Below, piece by piece: positions 11,553 through 23,317 of a DNA stretch of 64,000 bases. The DNA comes from Naegleria gruberi. Taxonomy: Eukaryota. The DNA lies in NCBI GenBank assembly GCA_000004985.1, contig GG738867.1; one strand, given 5' to 3'. The notes beneath the pieces were generated by a model, which worked only from the letters and a program-made list of their open reading frames with translations, made no database searches and had not been told where the DNA came from. Every line of letters starts with the position of its first letter. Positions within the stretch are counted from its first letter, which is position 1. The position numbers and the translations under genes were made by a program.

Positions 11553-12826
11553 ATGGTTGAATCGCTCACTCAACAATTAAGCACATTGTCCATGTCAAGA
11601 GAACTCTTCCAATCCGACTTGACCTACTATGTCAATGAACCAAACTGGACTGCTATGGATGAACACGCCAAGACTGTGCCAGAGGAACTTACCAAGAGCT
11701 TTACCAAAACTGTACAATATTTAACAAGTAAATTTGAATCTCCACAAGAAAAGGCTCGTGCCATCTTTGCCTGGATTGGTTACAATGTAACCTATGATAA
11801 CAAGGTTGCTGAAACTGGTGATTTTAGCAAGTATGAAAGATTTAGAGAAGATCATAAGGATAAGTTTACTGAAGAGGAATGTAAGGAATACTCCAGCTAT
11901 GGTAAGGTTGTCTACTCTTTGAGAACTGGTGTCTGTGGTGGATTTTCCAACTTGTTCAAGGATATGTGTAAATGTGCAGGAATTGGTGATAGATGTGAAA
12001 TTGTTTCTGGTTTCACAAAGGGAGGAAATGGTGTCAATCCTGTTGAAGTAATGGCAGCGCTGAGGGTGGTTCTGCATCTTTCACTCCAAGACACTTCTAC
12101 ATGAGTCCGTATGAAAGGATTGCTTCTCACTTCCCAAAGAAGGATGAATTCCAATGTTTGCCAACTCCTGTTCCTGCCAATGTCATGGAAAAGAGAGCTC
12201 AAATAATTCTCAGTGGTTTCAAGTGGGGTCTCAGAACTGTCTCACATCCTGATGCTTATTTGATTTTGAAGGATTCCAACGTTGTTGAAATTACCCTCCA
12301 TATTGAAAAGACTGGTTTGCAATTCTATTCTCAATTGCTCGATAATGCCACAATGGCCGAAACAAAGGGAGTTACTGAAATTATTCAACATGGAAATACT
12401 GTTAAATTGACAGTTTGTGTTCCAGAAAAGGAAAAGGACTATAAGGTCTATATCTTTGCTCGTGAATCTGCCGATCAAAAATTTGAATACATGCTCGGTT
12501 ATGGTTTCAATGTTGATGCCAATGCCACGATGCAAGAAGTTTCCTTCCCAACCTATTATCCAGATATGGCTAATTATGGAGCTGAACTCATTTCACCAAA
12601 GCATGTCAAGATGCACGTTGGTCAAACCTACAATTTCAGAATTAAATTCCCATTCGAAGATTTGATGAGTGTCTTGATTCTTCCAGATAAGAAATTCAAG
12701 AGTTTGGGCTGTGGTGAATATGAACTTGATTTTACACCAACTGCTGCTGGTAAGGTATTGATGTATGCTTGTAAGAAGACTGAAACTCAAGCTAAGGGTC
12801 TTTTGCAAATGGTTGTTTTTGAATAA
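11553..12826 (+). CDS. Transglutaminase-like cysteine-protease-fold protein, split over two frames (ORFs 11553..12104 and 12101..12826)
   Basis: Cys-motif TGVCGGFSNLFKDMCKCAGI...VSGF is typical of the transglutaminase-core superfamily. The downstream ORF continues in the +2 frame with no stop-free spliced path; no GT..AG pair of suitable length restores the frame. Confidence 0.45.
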
Positions 12827-12922
12827 ATTAACAATTGTTAAATATTGTAAATATTGATACTTTGAAAAGATTGTTCCAAGTTCAATGTGCCTTGTCAATT
12901 GTTTTCAACAAATCAAAAAAAA

Positions 12923-14086
12923 ATGCTCAGCTCATCCAGCAAATCCTCCTCATCGTCAGATCAGAGAATCATCTCATTTTCCATCAATAAGAAGGAAATT
13001 ATTGAAAAATTCCCACCATCCTTCTTTTCCAAAAACAAAGTCTTTCTCTATTCTCTACACTCTGATCAATTGGATTATGAAGGTGATTTAATTTATTCGA
13101 GATTTAAAGCAAGGACTCGACCAAAAGCCTATAAGAAGGAAGTTGCAGAAGATCAGGTGTGTGAGGTGATTGTTTCAAGTGATGGTTTCAAGTATGATGA
13201 AAAGTTGAAGGTTGGGGAGGAGAATGCCAAGCATTGGTATTTGAATTTTGCAGATGAGAGATTGTTTATTGCTTGGAAAGGTCAATTGTTTGCTCAGGAT
13301 GAGATTCAAGTTTGTGAACATCCAATTTTGGGAAGTTTGTGTGAATATTTGAGAAAGGAAAGTTTAAATGATGCAAGATATAGTCCAATAACTCAACAAA
13401 CATCTCCCACTCCAGTATTGATTCAGAATGTGGATAGAAGAATTGCAGTCAATGTTAAAGACTATAATATTTATGGAAATAACTTTGCCAAGGCATCTAC
13501 TGATATTATTGAACAAGCAACAACTGTTTTGGACATGAAAACGAATAGAAAATCAAATATTTTGGCAATTAGTGCACCTAGGTAGGTTTTGGATTTGAAT
13601 TTCTCATATTTGAAAATATAGAGGTGGACATGGAGAGTACAAATTGGGAGAAGTTAATTTCATATTCGATACTTTATATAGTGGATTTAAGGCATGTTGC
13701 ATGGATACTGAAATGTATGCCCAGGATCCAGAAAATCCACCAACTGTTGTCATTCACACAGGTAATTTTGGTTGTGGTGCCTTTGGTAACAATAGAGTAA
13801 GTATAATTGTTGAATAGAAATGGAAACTAATCTTTTCGAATAGGAATTGATAGCAATTCTTCAAATATTGGCAGCAAGAATGGCAGGTATCAAGTATCTA
13901 TATTATCATGCATTCAGTGAGGAAGGTGTAAAATCTGTCAAAAAGGCCATTAAGGTAATTGATGAAGAATTTGATTTGGTATGCAAAGATCCATCCGATA
14001 TAGAAGGTAATTTAGTTTCCCTTAATAAGCTTTTCGATATGATTTTACAAAAAGGATATAAATGGGGTTTTTCCGATGGAAATTAA
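12923..14086 (+). CDS. Poly(ADP-ribose) glycohydrolase (PARG)-like protein, 3 exons: 12923..13581, 13622..13796, 13844..14086
   Basis: Exons 2 and 3 encode HTGNFGCGAFGNNR|ELIAILQILAARMAGIKYLYYHAF, which matches the PARG signature TGNWGCGAFGGD..LKALIQ.LAA.......Y.TF. Introns are 13582..13621 (40 nt, GTAGGT..ATATAG) and 13797..13843 (47 nt, GTAAGT..AATAG). The ATG at 12923 is in an A-rich context. Confidence 0.5.
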
Positions 14087-14151
14087 CTTTATTAAACAAT
14101 ATTCAATATTAATATTAACAATTTTAAAGATCTTTAAATATTAAAAAAAAA

Positions 14152-15645
14152 ATGAAAAGAAGTATTCAAGCACTTGACCATGAAGAAAATCCACAATCAA
14201 AATATGTAAAATTACTACACAATGATGATGCTCAACAATACCTCTTCTCCAATGATGTGCTCGGAATCATTTCATCCTTCCTTCCATTTCATGATGGAAC
14301 TTTAAATTGTCGTCTTGTTAATCATCAGTGGAAGGCTACATTTGAGAATGATTATCGATTCATGTTTATTCAAGCTGTAGAAAATCATCTACTCGCCAAT
14401 TTGAAAGGAAATGATGATTCGGAATTATTGGATTGTCAATACTTGATTTCTATAAAGTATTGGATCGGAGCAAGACAGCACTTGTTGAAATTGTTAAATG
14501 AAGATGTAAACAAGTGTAAACAAGAGGAATTGAAAAGATTGTGGACTAGGAAAGATGATGAATTTCCAAATATTAGGTTTTTGGCTTTTGATAGAACAAA
14601 CACTGAAGAATTTGCTGTTTTGATGATTAATTTAAATGTAAATACAAGGTTAAGGATGACAATAATGTATTCAGACTGTGAGGATTTTATAATCTATGTG
14701 GATGTTGTGGAGAATGGTCCATCAGTGTTTGATTGGAAGAACTTGTTGAACATTGATTCGAAAGTGGAGAGAAATGTAGTTTTGAAAGTGAATGCAACAT
14801 TATATGAGGATCCAACAGGGATTGCAGAACAGTGTGTGAACGATCCATTCTTTGATAATCTCTTTAAAATGTTGGATATTACTGAGCCAACGCCTTTTGA
14901 AGTTGAATCACCAACACCTTTTGGTGTTTTATTATGGAAATATGGATATGAAGAAAGAGTTATTTATGGAAATAACGATATGATTCAAAATGTTGAATTT
15001 GAGAGGAGGTGCGAAATTTATGAGGAGAGAGTGGATCCCTTAGTGAAACTAGTAAATTTGGATCAAATCAATGAGTTGAAAGTATTGGAATATGCTTGGA
15101 AAAAAGCCAATAGGATCTATACAAAAAAACGTGAGGAGAATTGCAATAATACTACATCAGATATTTCAGTTTCCAATGTAAATGGAAGACTTGTTATTGT
15201 GGATCTGTATAGAGCTCCGCGATTTGTTACAGAAATTTCATTTAATTTGAAATTTAAGGAAAGTGAATTTATCGTCAATTCCAATTTCGAGCTGGAATTT
15301 GAAAGTGAAATACATAGTCCATGCAGAGTTTCAATACTCAATTGCACCTCTGTACGCAATCCAGCACTAAGATATCAATTTCACGTTTTTCCAAACGAAA
15401 CTTCTTTAATATGGGTGGATAGTTGCCTATCACTGATGGGCGAAGAGAGTCCAATCGATTTGACTATTCCTCCAAATCCATTCGAAAATGACCAACAAGA
15501 TCTCCAATTGATATTTGAAAAGGTGTTGAGAATTGTTCCCAGATATTGCCTATTCAACAGTGATAAGAATCTATCCATTCCAGAATTATTGAAATTCTTT
15601 GTTGGAAATGAGAGTTTTATAACATCCCAAACATCCATCATTTAA
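14152..15645 (+). CDS. Hypothetical protein with N-terminal F-box-like motif
   Basis: 497-aa ORF with an A-rich start. LGIISSFLPFHDGTLNCRLVNHQWK resembles an F-box. No other recognisable domain. Confidence 0.45.
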   Translation: MKRSIQALDHEENPQSKYVKLLHNDDAQQYLFSNDVLGIISSFLPFHDGTLNCRLVNHQWKATFENDYRFMFIQAVENHLLANLKGNDDSELLDCQYLISIKYWIGARQHLLKLLNEDVNKCKQEELKRLWTRKDDEFPNIRFLAFDRTNTEEFAVLMINLNVNTRLRMTIMYSDCEDFIIYVDVVENGPSVFDWKNLLNIDSKVERNVVLKVNATLYEDPTGIAEQCVNDPFFDNLFKMLDITEPTPFEVESPTPFGVLLWKYGYEERVIYGNNDMIQNVEFERRCEIYEERVDPLVKLVNLDQINELKVLEYAWKKANRIYTKKREENCNNTTSDISVSNVNGRLVIVDLYRAPRFVTEISFNLKFKESEFIVNSNFELEFESEIHSPCRVSILNCTSVRNPALRYQFHVFPNETSLIWVDSCLSLMGEESPIDLTIPPNPFENDQQDLQLIFEKVLRIVPRYCLFNSDKNLSIPELLKFFVGNESFITSQTSII

Positions 15646-15710
15646 TCATCACAAGCTATATATTTATTATTTGATTTCACAAGAGAGTTTTCATTCTCAA
15701 GCATAGAGAA

Positions 15711-16505
15711 TTATTTTTGATAAGAACCACCTTGGTATTGTTGTTGACCAGAAGTTCCAAATCCTTGTTGAGAGGATGGAATATTTGGAATATTAGATTG
15801 ACCAGGTGTTGTACCAGTTGTTGTGCTAGTCCAAGTTTGACCAACAGTTTGTTGACCAAATCCAATACCTCCAGGTTGTTGACTTCCTAATCCTTGTTGA
15901 CCAATACTACTTGGTTGCAATGGTTGTTGCTGGTTAAAACCTTGTTGACCAAAACCACCACCATATGATTGTTGACCTGTGCCAAATCCTTGTTGTCCAT
16001 AAGTTTGTCCAGTTAAGCCAGGTTGTTGACCAACACCATAACCATGTCCAATACTTGGCTGTTGTCCAGTCAATCCTTGTTGCTGTCCATACAAGCCTTG
16101 TTGCTTCTTTCCTGGAATATTTTGGATTTGTCCTCCAGATCTAAGGTAAAGGAATGAATTGACAAATTCCTCAATTCCAACTCTTCCATTTTGGTCCTTG
16201 TCAACCATTCTTCCAATCAGTTTACTCTTAACCTTGTCATAACCTAATGCTTGAACTGCTTTCTTGAATTCCTTCTTATCCAAGAATCCAGTACGATCAC
16301 GATCGTATTGGTAGAAAACTTGTTCTGCTTGATTAATGTAAGTTTCCTTATTTTGCAAAACCTCATTGGAAACTGTAAAGTTTTCTGGTTGCCATCTTGG
16401 AGTCTTTCCTCTGTACCAAAATCCTTGCAATTTTCCAAGAATACCTTGTTGTTGACCAGTTACTCCGGTTGGTTGAGTTTGAGAGAATGTAGAGTGCATT
16501 TTCAA
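15711..16505 (-). CDS. EF-hand calcium-binding protein with C-terminal Gln/Gly-rich low-complexity tail
   Basis: Two canonical EF loops ([13 protein letters not shown] and [13 protein letters not shown]) are followed by about 150 aa of GQQ(P)GLTGQ-type repeats. Confidence 0.6.
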   Translation of the reverse strand: MKMHSTFSQTQPTGVTGQQQGILGKLQGFWYRGKTPRWQPENFTVSNEVLQNKETYINQAEQVFYQYDRDRTGFLDKKEFKKAVQALGYDKVKSKLIGRMVDKDQNGRVGIEEFVNSFLYLRSGGQIQNIPGKKQQGLYGQQQGLTGQQPSIGHGYGVGQQPGLTGQTYGQQGFGTGQQSYGGGFGQQGFNQQQPLQPSSIGQQGLGSQQPGGIGFGQQTVGQTWTSTTTGTTPGQSNIPNIPSSQQGFGTSGQQQYQGGSYQK

Positions 16506-17601
16506 TTAAATTGTTGTAAAATTGTTTTTTTGATTATTGGAGAAACAGAGAGCCAACTAGTGTGGAGATTTATAGGATTCAAAGGCACGATCCATTATTG
16601 GTAAATTCACATAAACAACCAATTAGGTTTGGATCTTGACTCAAAACAGCTTGGTTTTTGAATTTGTCTTTTACAATTTGGGAGTTTTTCTATAAATGTA
16701 ACATGAATATTAGATCAATAACCCATTCTTTGATAAGACTGTCTTATATTTCCAGGGTTTTGCAACAAACCGTGCTGTTGAATAGCTATTTCCTGAGGAA
16801 TTTCCACATTTCAGTTTCCATTTGTACGTACACGTGTTGGAGAACAAGATGTTATTCAAATGATTCATTCCCCTCAATGCTATCAAACGTCTCAACTTAT
16901 GGGCAATACACAGATTGAAAGATTTGGAATGATTATACAATTTCAAAACCTTGTTAAGATTTTCATCACTTCGTACTGGTCACAGGAAGGGACAGCAATT
17001 AAATTTGGATGCTAAAAAATTACCCCCAATTTTACGGTTTTTATTGAGGGGATTATCAATATTTTACTATTAATTTACAATATCTTTTATTAACCTTCTG
17101 TTTGGAATATTAAGCCGTAAGAAAGAAAGAAAATTATTCAAGTAAATTTTTAAATATCATAAAGCAATTTTCGTGTTTTTCCTTTAATTACAAATTTCTT
17201 TATTGCAAAGCACCTGTTAGTGGAAATTTCATCAACCAAGGCGATTCTAACAACAGAGAATGGAAATTCACCATTCTTGTTTCTTATCATCTTTTGTAAA
17301 CTTTGTTTCTAAGGTTATCATTTGACGGAGTTGCTTTGATTGCGTTTTCCAATTTAAAAAAAATCGTTTAGCTCCTCCATTCCCAAGCGGGCGTTTTGAT
17401 CCTTTGAAAAATCTTTGCGTTTTTTGTCTTCAAAACTCATCAACAAGACTTGTTGAATTATATCATCATCATTGTCATCATTATTCCAAAATAATAATAT
17501 ATTAGGTTTATAATCAAACTCTAATTTTTTACCACAACCCTCACTGCTGCTGATATTTATTTAATATCTTTCTCTATAGATACAAATTGTAATTTTAAAC
17601 G

Positions 17602-18252
17602 ATGCAACAACAAGAAGAAGGAACCAGTAGAGAAATTATTCTCACCTCTGATCTTGCTACTAATGAATCTATTATTCAATCTAAAATTCCATCGAAATTT
17701 ATATTTGCTTTTGGAGCAAGCAAGATCCTCCACTCTGCTCGTATTAGTTTATTAGATTCTGAACGTTTGTCCAACTTGAGATATTTAATCCTCTCCGATG
17801 AAGCTATCTATATCTTTGATGATCAAGATTTTGAACGTAGAATACCAAATGAACACATTTCTGAAATTGTCAAGTCTCGTGAACCAAGTGTTTCATCAAC
17901 TGAACAAAAATCACACAGAATTCTCATCCGTGTTCATCATTCTAATGAAGGATCAGATCTAATTATTATTTCTAAAGGTGCTACTGGTGTTTTGGAAGCT
18001 TTTGAAAAAGCCAAATATACATTCACACTGGTAGATCCTTCCGAAGATTTATTTTCTATGGCTAGATTTGTTTCTGACAATGCTCAACAACCATCAATTG
18101 ATTCTCTGAAACAACATTTGGATAAGGCCTTACAATCATCAGATTTAAAGAATACAATGCTCTATTTGGAAACTTTGAGAAGAAACAAACATGCTGATTG
18201 GGAAAATGATGAATTAATTTCAAAAGCTATTGAATTTGTAAAGAGTAAATAA
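17602..18252 (+). CDS. Hypothetical protein (216 aa)
   Basis: Clean ORF; no confident family assignment. Confidence 0.35.
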   Translation: MQQQEEGTSREIILTSDLATNESIIQSKIPSKFIFAFGASKILHSARISLLDSERLSNLRYLILSDEAIYIFDDQDFERRIPNEHISEIVKSREPSVSSTEQKSHRILIRVHHSNEGSDLIIISKGATGVLEAFEKAKYTFTLVDPSEDLFSMARFVSDNAQQPSIDSLKQHLDKALQSSDLKNTMLYLETLRRNKHADWENDELISKAIEFVKSK

Positions 18253-18626
18253 TCAGGATAATTTTCAAAGCTGCAATTCTCCTCTTTTCCAATCTTCCAT
18301 AAATCGTTCATTAGTATTATTTTGAATAATACCAATTAGAGTTCTTGATCATGATGATCAACAACATTATTATTAATTATTTAAATAATTGATTATCATC
18401 GGATCATGAATTTTATCAAAAAAATAATCTCAAATTGTTATATTACTTGATCGTTATCTTCTTCCTGTACATATTTAAATATCAACAATCATCATCATTT
18501 TGATTATTATCTTTTTTGTATCATATATAAATTAACCTGTACAGAACATTGTAAATATAGAGTTGGAAATAATATTAAAATTTAAATAATACTATTTAAT
18601 CATCATATAATAATAACAAAAAGGAG

Positions 18627-19376
18627 ATGGCTGTTGTATCTAGTAAAAACTACCTCACCCTATATAATTCATTGGCAACATTGGAGTGGATTTATTTATT
18701 ACTTTTTAGAACTCTACAACCACTCATTCAACGACATTCTAGTAGATTAAAAGTAAACAAGCAGGCTGCTGATAGGATTGCTCTGAGGAAGCCTTCATTA
18801 TGGCAATTGAATGGAGGCTTTTTAAAGTACATTCAAACACAAGCCTTGTTGGAATCGGTTCATAGTTTCTTCGGAATTACTTCCTCACCAGTCAGGACAA
18901 CATTTGGCCAAACTTGTGGACGATTGTTTATTACACATTTGATAGGAGATGATTTACCAACGAATGATTTATTATCGGATTGTTTAATGACCACTTTACA
19001 ATTATCTTGGTCTGCTGCTGATATTGTTAGGTATTTGTTTTATTTGGGTCAATTGTGGAAATTAGATCAAACACATCCAAAAGTTGCTAGTATTTTAAAG
19101 TTTTTGAGATATAATGCCTTTTTAGTATTATATCCTGTGGGAATGTTATCGGAAGTTTCAATGGTTTTGAGAGTAGTTTTCACAAAATGGATTGATTTGG
19201 AGGCAATTCACCCAGAAAATCCAGAAAAGAAGAGAAGAAAACCAGTTGTGAAAAAGCCACCCTATCCTCTTGTGAAAAAGTTCATGATTGTATTCTTCTT
19301 CCTGTTTATTGTCTGTGTTGGATATCCAACAGTTTATTTACACATGTTATCACAGAGACGAAAGAGTATGAAATGA
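18627..19376 (+). CDS. Very-long-chain 3-hydroxyacyl-CoA dehydratase (PTPLA/HACD/PHS1 family)
   Basis: Multi-TM protein with PTPLA-like motifs: QTQALLESVHSFFGITSSPVRTTFGQTCGRLFITHLI and IVRYLFYLGQLWK. Confidence 0.65.
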   Translation: MAVVSSKNYLTLYNSLATLEWIYLLLFRTLQPLIQRHSSRLKVNKQAADRIALRKPSLWQLNGGFLKYIQTQALLESVHSFFGITSSPVRTTFGQTCGRLFITHLIGDDLPTNDLLSDCLMTTLQLSWSAADIVRYLFYLGQLWKLDQTHPKVASILKFLRYNAFLVLYPVGMLSEVSMVLRVVFTKWIDLEAIHPENPEKKRRKPVVKKPPYPLVKKFMIVFFFLFIVCVGYPTVYLHMLSQRRKSMK

Positions 19377-19562
19377 ATTCATTAATGGTGGATATTATTT
19401 GAGAAGATTTGAAATCTTGGTGATTATCATATTTTGAGAGTGTTGTGAAATCAAAATGGTTCAAAGAAATTGAATTTCTTTTCAACAACGATCAGGACTA
19501 AATATTTCTCATAGTTCCATTTAAAAGAAATAGATATTTCATAATCCAATTTATCAAACTAT

Positions 19563-20489
19563 TTATTGCCCAATAAGGGATGGATAAATTGATCTTGGAT
19601 AACCACCCTCATTAAAAACATTAATAACATATCTATTTCCGTTAATTTTAACATCAGAAAGATTCTTCTTTCCACTTGGTTGTAAACTCTCCAAATAGGC
19701 CAGTGTGGAAAGTGCCAATAGGCACTCTGGAGAAATACCAACAAAAAAGCTTCCACAAGATTTGAATAATTGATTATCAGATTGACCATCTCCATCCACG
19801 TCTTCATCCTGTTTGAAACGAACACAGACATAATCAGGAGTTGACTCATTATCCAATCTTCCAGCAAATGAAATCACATCTTGACCTGTATGATTATCAG
19901 TCGAATCATCCAACAAGTATTTGAACCAATAGTGATAACCACTCACTTTATCACCATTCTTCTCACCTACAACAAGATGCTCAAATCCAGACAGGTCCTT
20001 ATAGTTGTGTAAGTTATATTGTTTGAACCAAATTTCTCTCAATTTCACTTTCAACTCTGTAGGTGTGGAAAGTTTCATATATTTCTGGCCCAGAATTCTC
20101 ATACACTTGGTTTGAACAATACTTTCAAGAAATTGCTCAACTTCCTTTCTCTCCTCCTCAGTATTCACCTCGCGACTATGTTGATCAAGTGAATAATTAT
20201 CAAATAATCTGGAAATTAATTTGTAATTCTTTGCCTGTTTGCTGTTAGATTGTAAAAATTCGGAATTCTTCACCTGAACATAGACATGCTTGGTGGCATC
20301 GTATTGGTACAATTTGAAGAGTGTAAAATTTGGATTGGATCTCTTACGATCCATTCCACACACAACACATATGTATTCTCCACCAATCGGACCTTGTGGT
20401 TTGATCTTGACTGGAGTGAGACGATTCTCATCCGCTTGCCAAATCTCATCCATTAACGTTGCAGAGAATTGATAGGAGTGTGAAGACAT
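19563..20489 (-). CDS. EndoU/XendoU-family poly(U)-specific endoribonuclease
   Basis: Hallmark GFEHLVVGEKNGDKVSGYHYW and C-terminal SFFVGISPECLLALSTLAYL. Confidence 0.75.
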   Translation of the reverse strand: MSSHSYQFSATLMDEIWQADENRLTPVKIKPQGPIGGEYICVVCGMDRKRSNPNFTLFKLYQYDATKHVYVQVKNSEFLQSNSKQAKNYKLISRLFDNYSLDQHSREVNTEEERKEVEQFLESIVQTKCMRILGQKYMKLSTPTELKVKLREIWFKQYNLHNYKDLSGFEHLVVGEKNGDKVSGYHYWFKYLLDDSTDNHTGQDVISFAGRLDNESTPDYVCVRFKQDEDVDGDGQSDNQLFKSCGSFFVGISPECLLALSTLAYLESLQPSGKKNLSDVKINGNRYVINVFNEGGYPRSIYPSLIGQ

Positions 20490-20602
20490 TTTTTTCTTAC
20501 TTGTTTGATGTGCTGATGTGGATGAATCATCAACGATTACAATAAAAGTTCATTCATACTTCAGTTTACTTGAAAAAATAATTTATCACAATAAATTAAC
20601 AC

Positions 20603-21903
20603 TTAATTGAGGGAAATCTTACTCTTAATTGCTACTTGATAGAGAATCTTTCTGTTATCGATATTATCTTCGTTGGAGAAGAGGGCATACTTCATCAAGA
20701 CAGCATTTCTATAATTACAAACAATGAATGTTACAAATACTTGTTCTCCATGAACAAATGCACGGCAACAGGTTTGAATGGCCTTGACATATCTGTGACT
20801 AGTTTGTTCTCCTCTCACATCTTCATTAAATGACAAGAGAGCATACTTGGTTCCTGATCCATTTTGAATAGTTTTCAAAAAATCATGATTGAGTTCATCA
20901 AATGCTGTATTTACATGTTCTGCATCTGTCTTCAAATAGGTAATGGAGAGTGAATTCTTAGTGAGTGGATCAATAAATGACAAGAGCATATCTCTATTTC
21001 TTGCAACTTCAATACTATCTGAATGAAGAACAAAGGATGTAGGAATACTTGGTTCAAAGAATGGTATTTTCAAATCTAAATTACAGAATGAAACACTTGT
21101 ATCATGCGCAGATGATAACAGAGTTCTAGATCTTGCAGTTCCACTAATTCTATGAGTAGTATCCCACTTGTATTCAATGTGAAGTACTCCTGATTTAACT
21201 CCTTGCAATTTCAATGTTTGTTTATATGATACATTGGCTGTTATTTCATCTGGAACAATTTCAAATCTAACTCTTCCTAAAAAGTCCTACATTATTTTCA
21301 CAAATCATTCAAATTCCAAATCAATGACAACATGAACATATTCTCACTTACATCCTTTGTAAATCTATTTCAATATTATAATAAATATTCAACCAAAATC
21401 ATTGTTAGCAACCTACCTATCCCAATCAAACACTTCAAACAATAATTTAAAAGTAGCAACATCTTCCGAACAAATAGAAAATCTAAAAGTTGAATTCCAA
21501 ACAGGATCCAAAGTAGCCATACATGTTTTAGTCTTTCTCATAATTCCACAATTATCTGAAGCATCATCTTCAATCACCATACAATATCTATATTTTCATT
21601 ATCATCATCAATACAATCATCATCATCATCATATACATAAATATATATAATAATTCATTCCGCCATCATCATCATCATCATGATTAATTTTTCATCACAT
21701 ACAAAATTCCGAACATTAAACTCAAACTCTACTTTATATATATAAACTTACGGATCACTACAATATTCTCTGACTAGTAACACTATTATTTACATAAACC
21801 AAAAAACCTACGATTTTCCATTAATATCAGAACTCTCCAATTTTTCTGCCTTTTCCACGAGTAGTATAATTTGATCACCTGGTTGAAAAGATGATGTTGC
21901 CAT
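20603..21903 (-). CDS. C2-domain protein, 5 exons: 21812..21903, 21762..21767 (6-nt microexon), 21417..21587, 21352..21364 (13-nt exon), 20606..21286
   Basis: ATG at 21903 in a strong A-rich context. The spliced product reads ...LLVEKAEKLESSDINGKS|DP|YCMVIEDDASDNCGIMRKTKTCMATLDPVWNSTFRFSI...LFEVFDWDR|FTKD|DFLGRVRFEIVPDE..., a canonical C2 fold (GKSDPY, LnP.WN, F.V.D.D). All introns are GT..AG (44, 174, 52 and 65 nt). The exons total 963 nt, which is 321 codons. The microexon is inferred and not proven. Confidence 0.5.
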
Positions 21904-22099
21904 ATTTTTTTTTTCTTCTAATTTGAAAGTTCTGGGAACTTGAAGTACAGAATTGGAAATTAAAAAGGTTGCATGGAATGGTGGCATGTTCAAGGTGACA
22001 TGTGGCACCCTCAATGATGGAATTCGAACAGGATTTTCAATAAGGTGCAATTGTGGAATGCGTTTTGGAGTATAGTGGAAGAATTTAAATTGAAAAAAA

Positions 22100-23200
22100 A
22101 TGAAACGAAACAAAACGAATTCAACCCGCAAACAGAAACTTCAACAACTGCAAGAGAATTATTATGGACAACATTTATTATTTATCACATCGGGGGATGT
22201 TTGGATAAACCATGTATTTCCTAGAATTGATTTATTAACCATTAGGTCTCTTTCGTTTGTTGATAAAACGTTTAGGCAATTTATATCGGAAAGTATTGAT
22301 CAATATTTTTGGAAAATGAGATTACAATTATTTCCACAAGAAGTGGGAGGGAAATTGAGCGATGGTGATCAGTACATTTCGAATTGTTTCTTTAAAAACT
22401 ATTCGATTGAAAAAAAATTAGAAAATGAAACGTTTCAGAATTTTACATTCAAAGTTATGAGAAATTACTTGATGGAACAAAAAAAGAATCAAAGAATTTA
22501 TGTTCAAAAATCAACATTAAGATTGGCAAAAAAGGTTTTGAAATCATTGCCCAATATGAAATTCACATTATTGGCAGATTCTGATAATTTCACTTTTGCT
22601 AAATTATTACTGACATGTTTATCTACGGGAGAATTCGTTTCAGATTCCTCTCAATTAATCCAATATCTCTACAGAGATTCATTTAAAATTTTATCAGATT
22701 CGAAAGCTAAATCAGTGGAAATTCCATCTTTGGAGATTCGTTTGGATAGTTTGGAAAATAGTAATGAAGAATTAAAGGTCTCTCCTGTGGAATACACATT
22801 TGATGGGTCGTGCTTTGTGGTGCTTTTCAATAGATTGGATAGAGAAAATTTTACATCTGCCACCAATAATGCATTGAGATATGTCAGAAATCATTCATTT
22901 AATGAAAAGCCAATTATTCTAATAGGATTTAATTGGTGCAGATTCTTTCTAAATTATTCCTATATGAAAACACATTTCATGCACCAAAGAGTTTTGAAAC
23001 ATTCAAAAGATTTTGTGTCAAATGATGAAATTCTTTCATTTTGTCAAAAACATTCAAATGTCATTGGATACATTGATGCCAAGCCATCCAAAGAACGAGA
23101 TATTTCAGATATTTTGATGAAACTTGTGTCATTGAGCATGCTCTCCAAAAGAATCAATTGTCTTTCAGATTTGGAAACTAGCTCATTATGTCTTTATTAA
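22100..23200 (+). CDS. Hypothetical protein with F-box-like N-terminus
   Basis: 366-aa ORF. HVFPRIDLLTIRSLSFVDKTFRQFISESIDQYFWKMRL is F-box-like. Confidence 0.4.
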   Translation: MKRNKTNSTRKQKLQQLQENYYGQHLLFITSGDVWINHVFPRIDLLTIRSLSFVDKTFRQFISESIDQYFWKMRLQLFPQEVGGKLSDGDQYISNCFFKNYSIEKKLENETFQNFTFKVMRNYLMEQKKNQRIYVQKSTLRLAKKVLKSLPNMKFTLLADSDNFTFAKLLLTCLSTGEFVSDSSQLIQYLYRDSFKILSDSKAKSVEIPSLEIRLDSLENSNEELKVSPVEYTFDGSCFVVLFNRLDRENFTSATNNALRYVRNHSFNEKPIILIGFNWCRFFLNYSYMKTHFMHQRVLKHSKDFVSNDEILSFCQKHSNVIGYIDAKPSKERDISDILMKLVSLSMLSKRINCLSDLETSSLCLY

Positions 23201-23317
23201 TCGATTTTTAAAAATAAAAATTGTTACTACTTCACTCACTTCAAAATTTCAAAATGAGGAGTATCAACAATCGTAAGTTGAAATGGAGGGAAAATCCATA
23301 AAATATTATTTTGGTCA

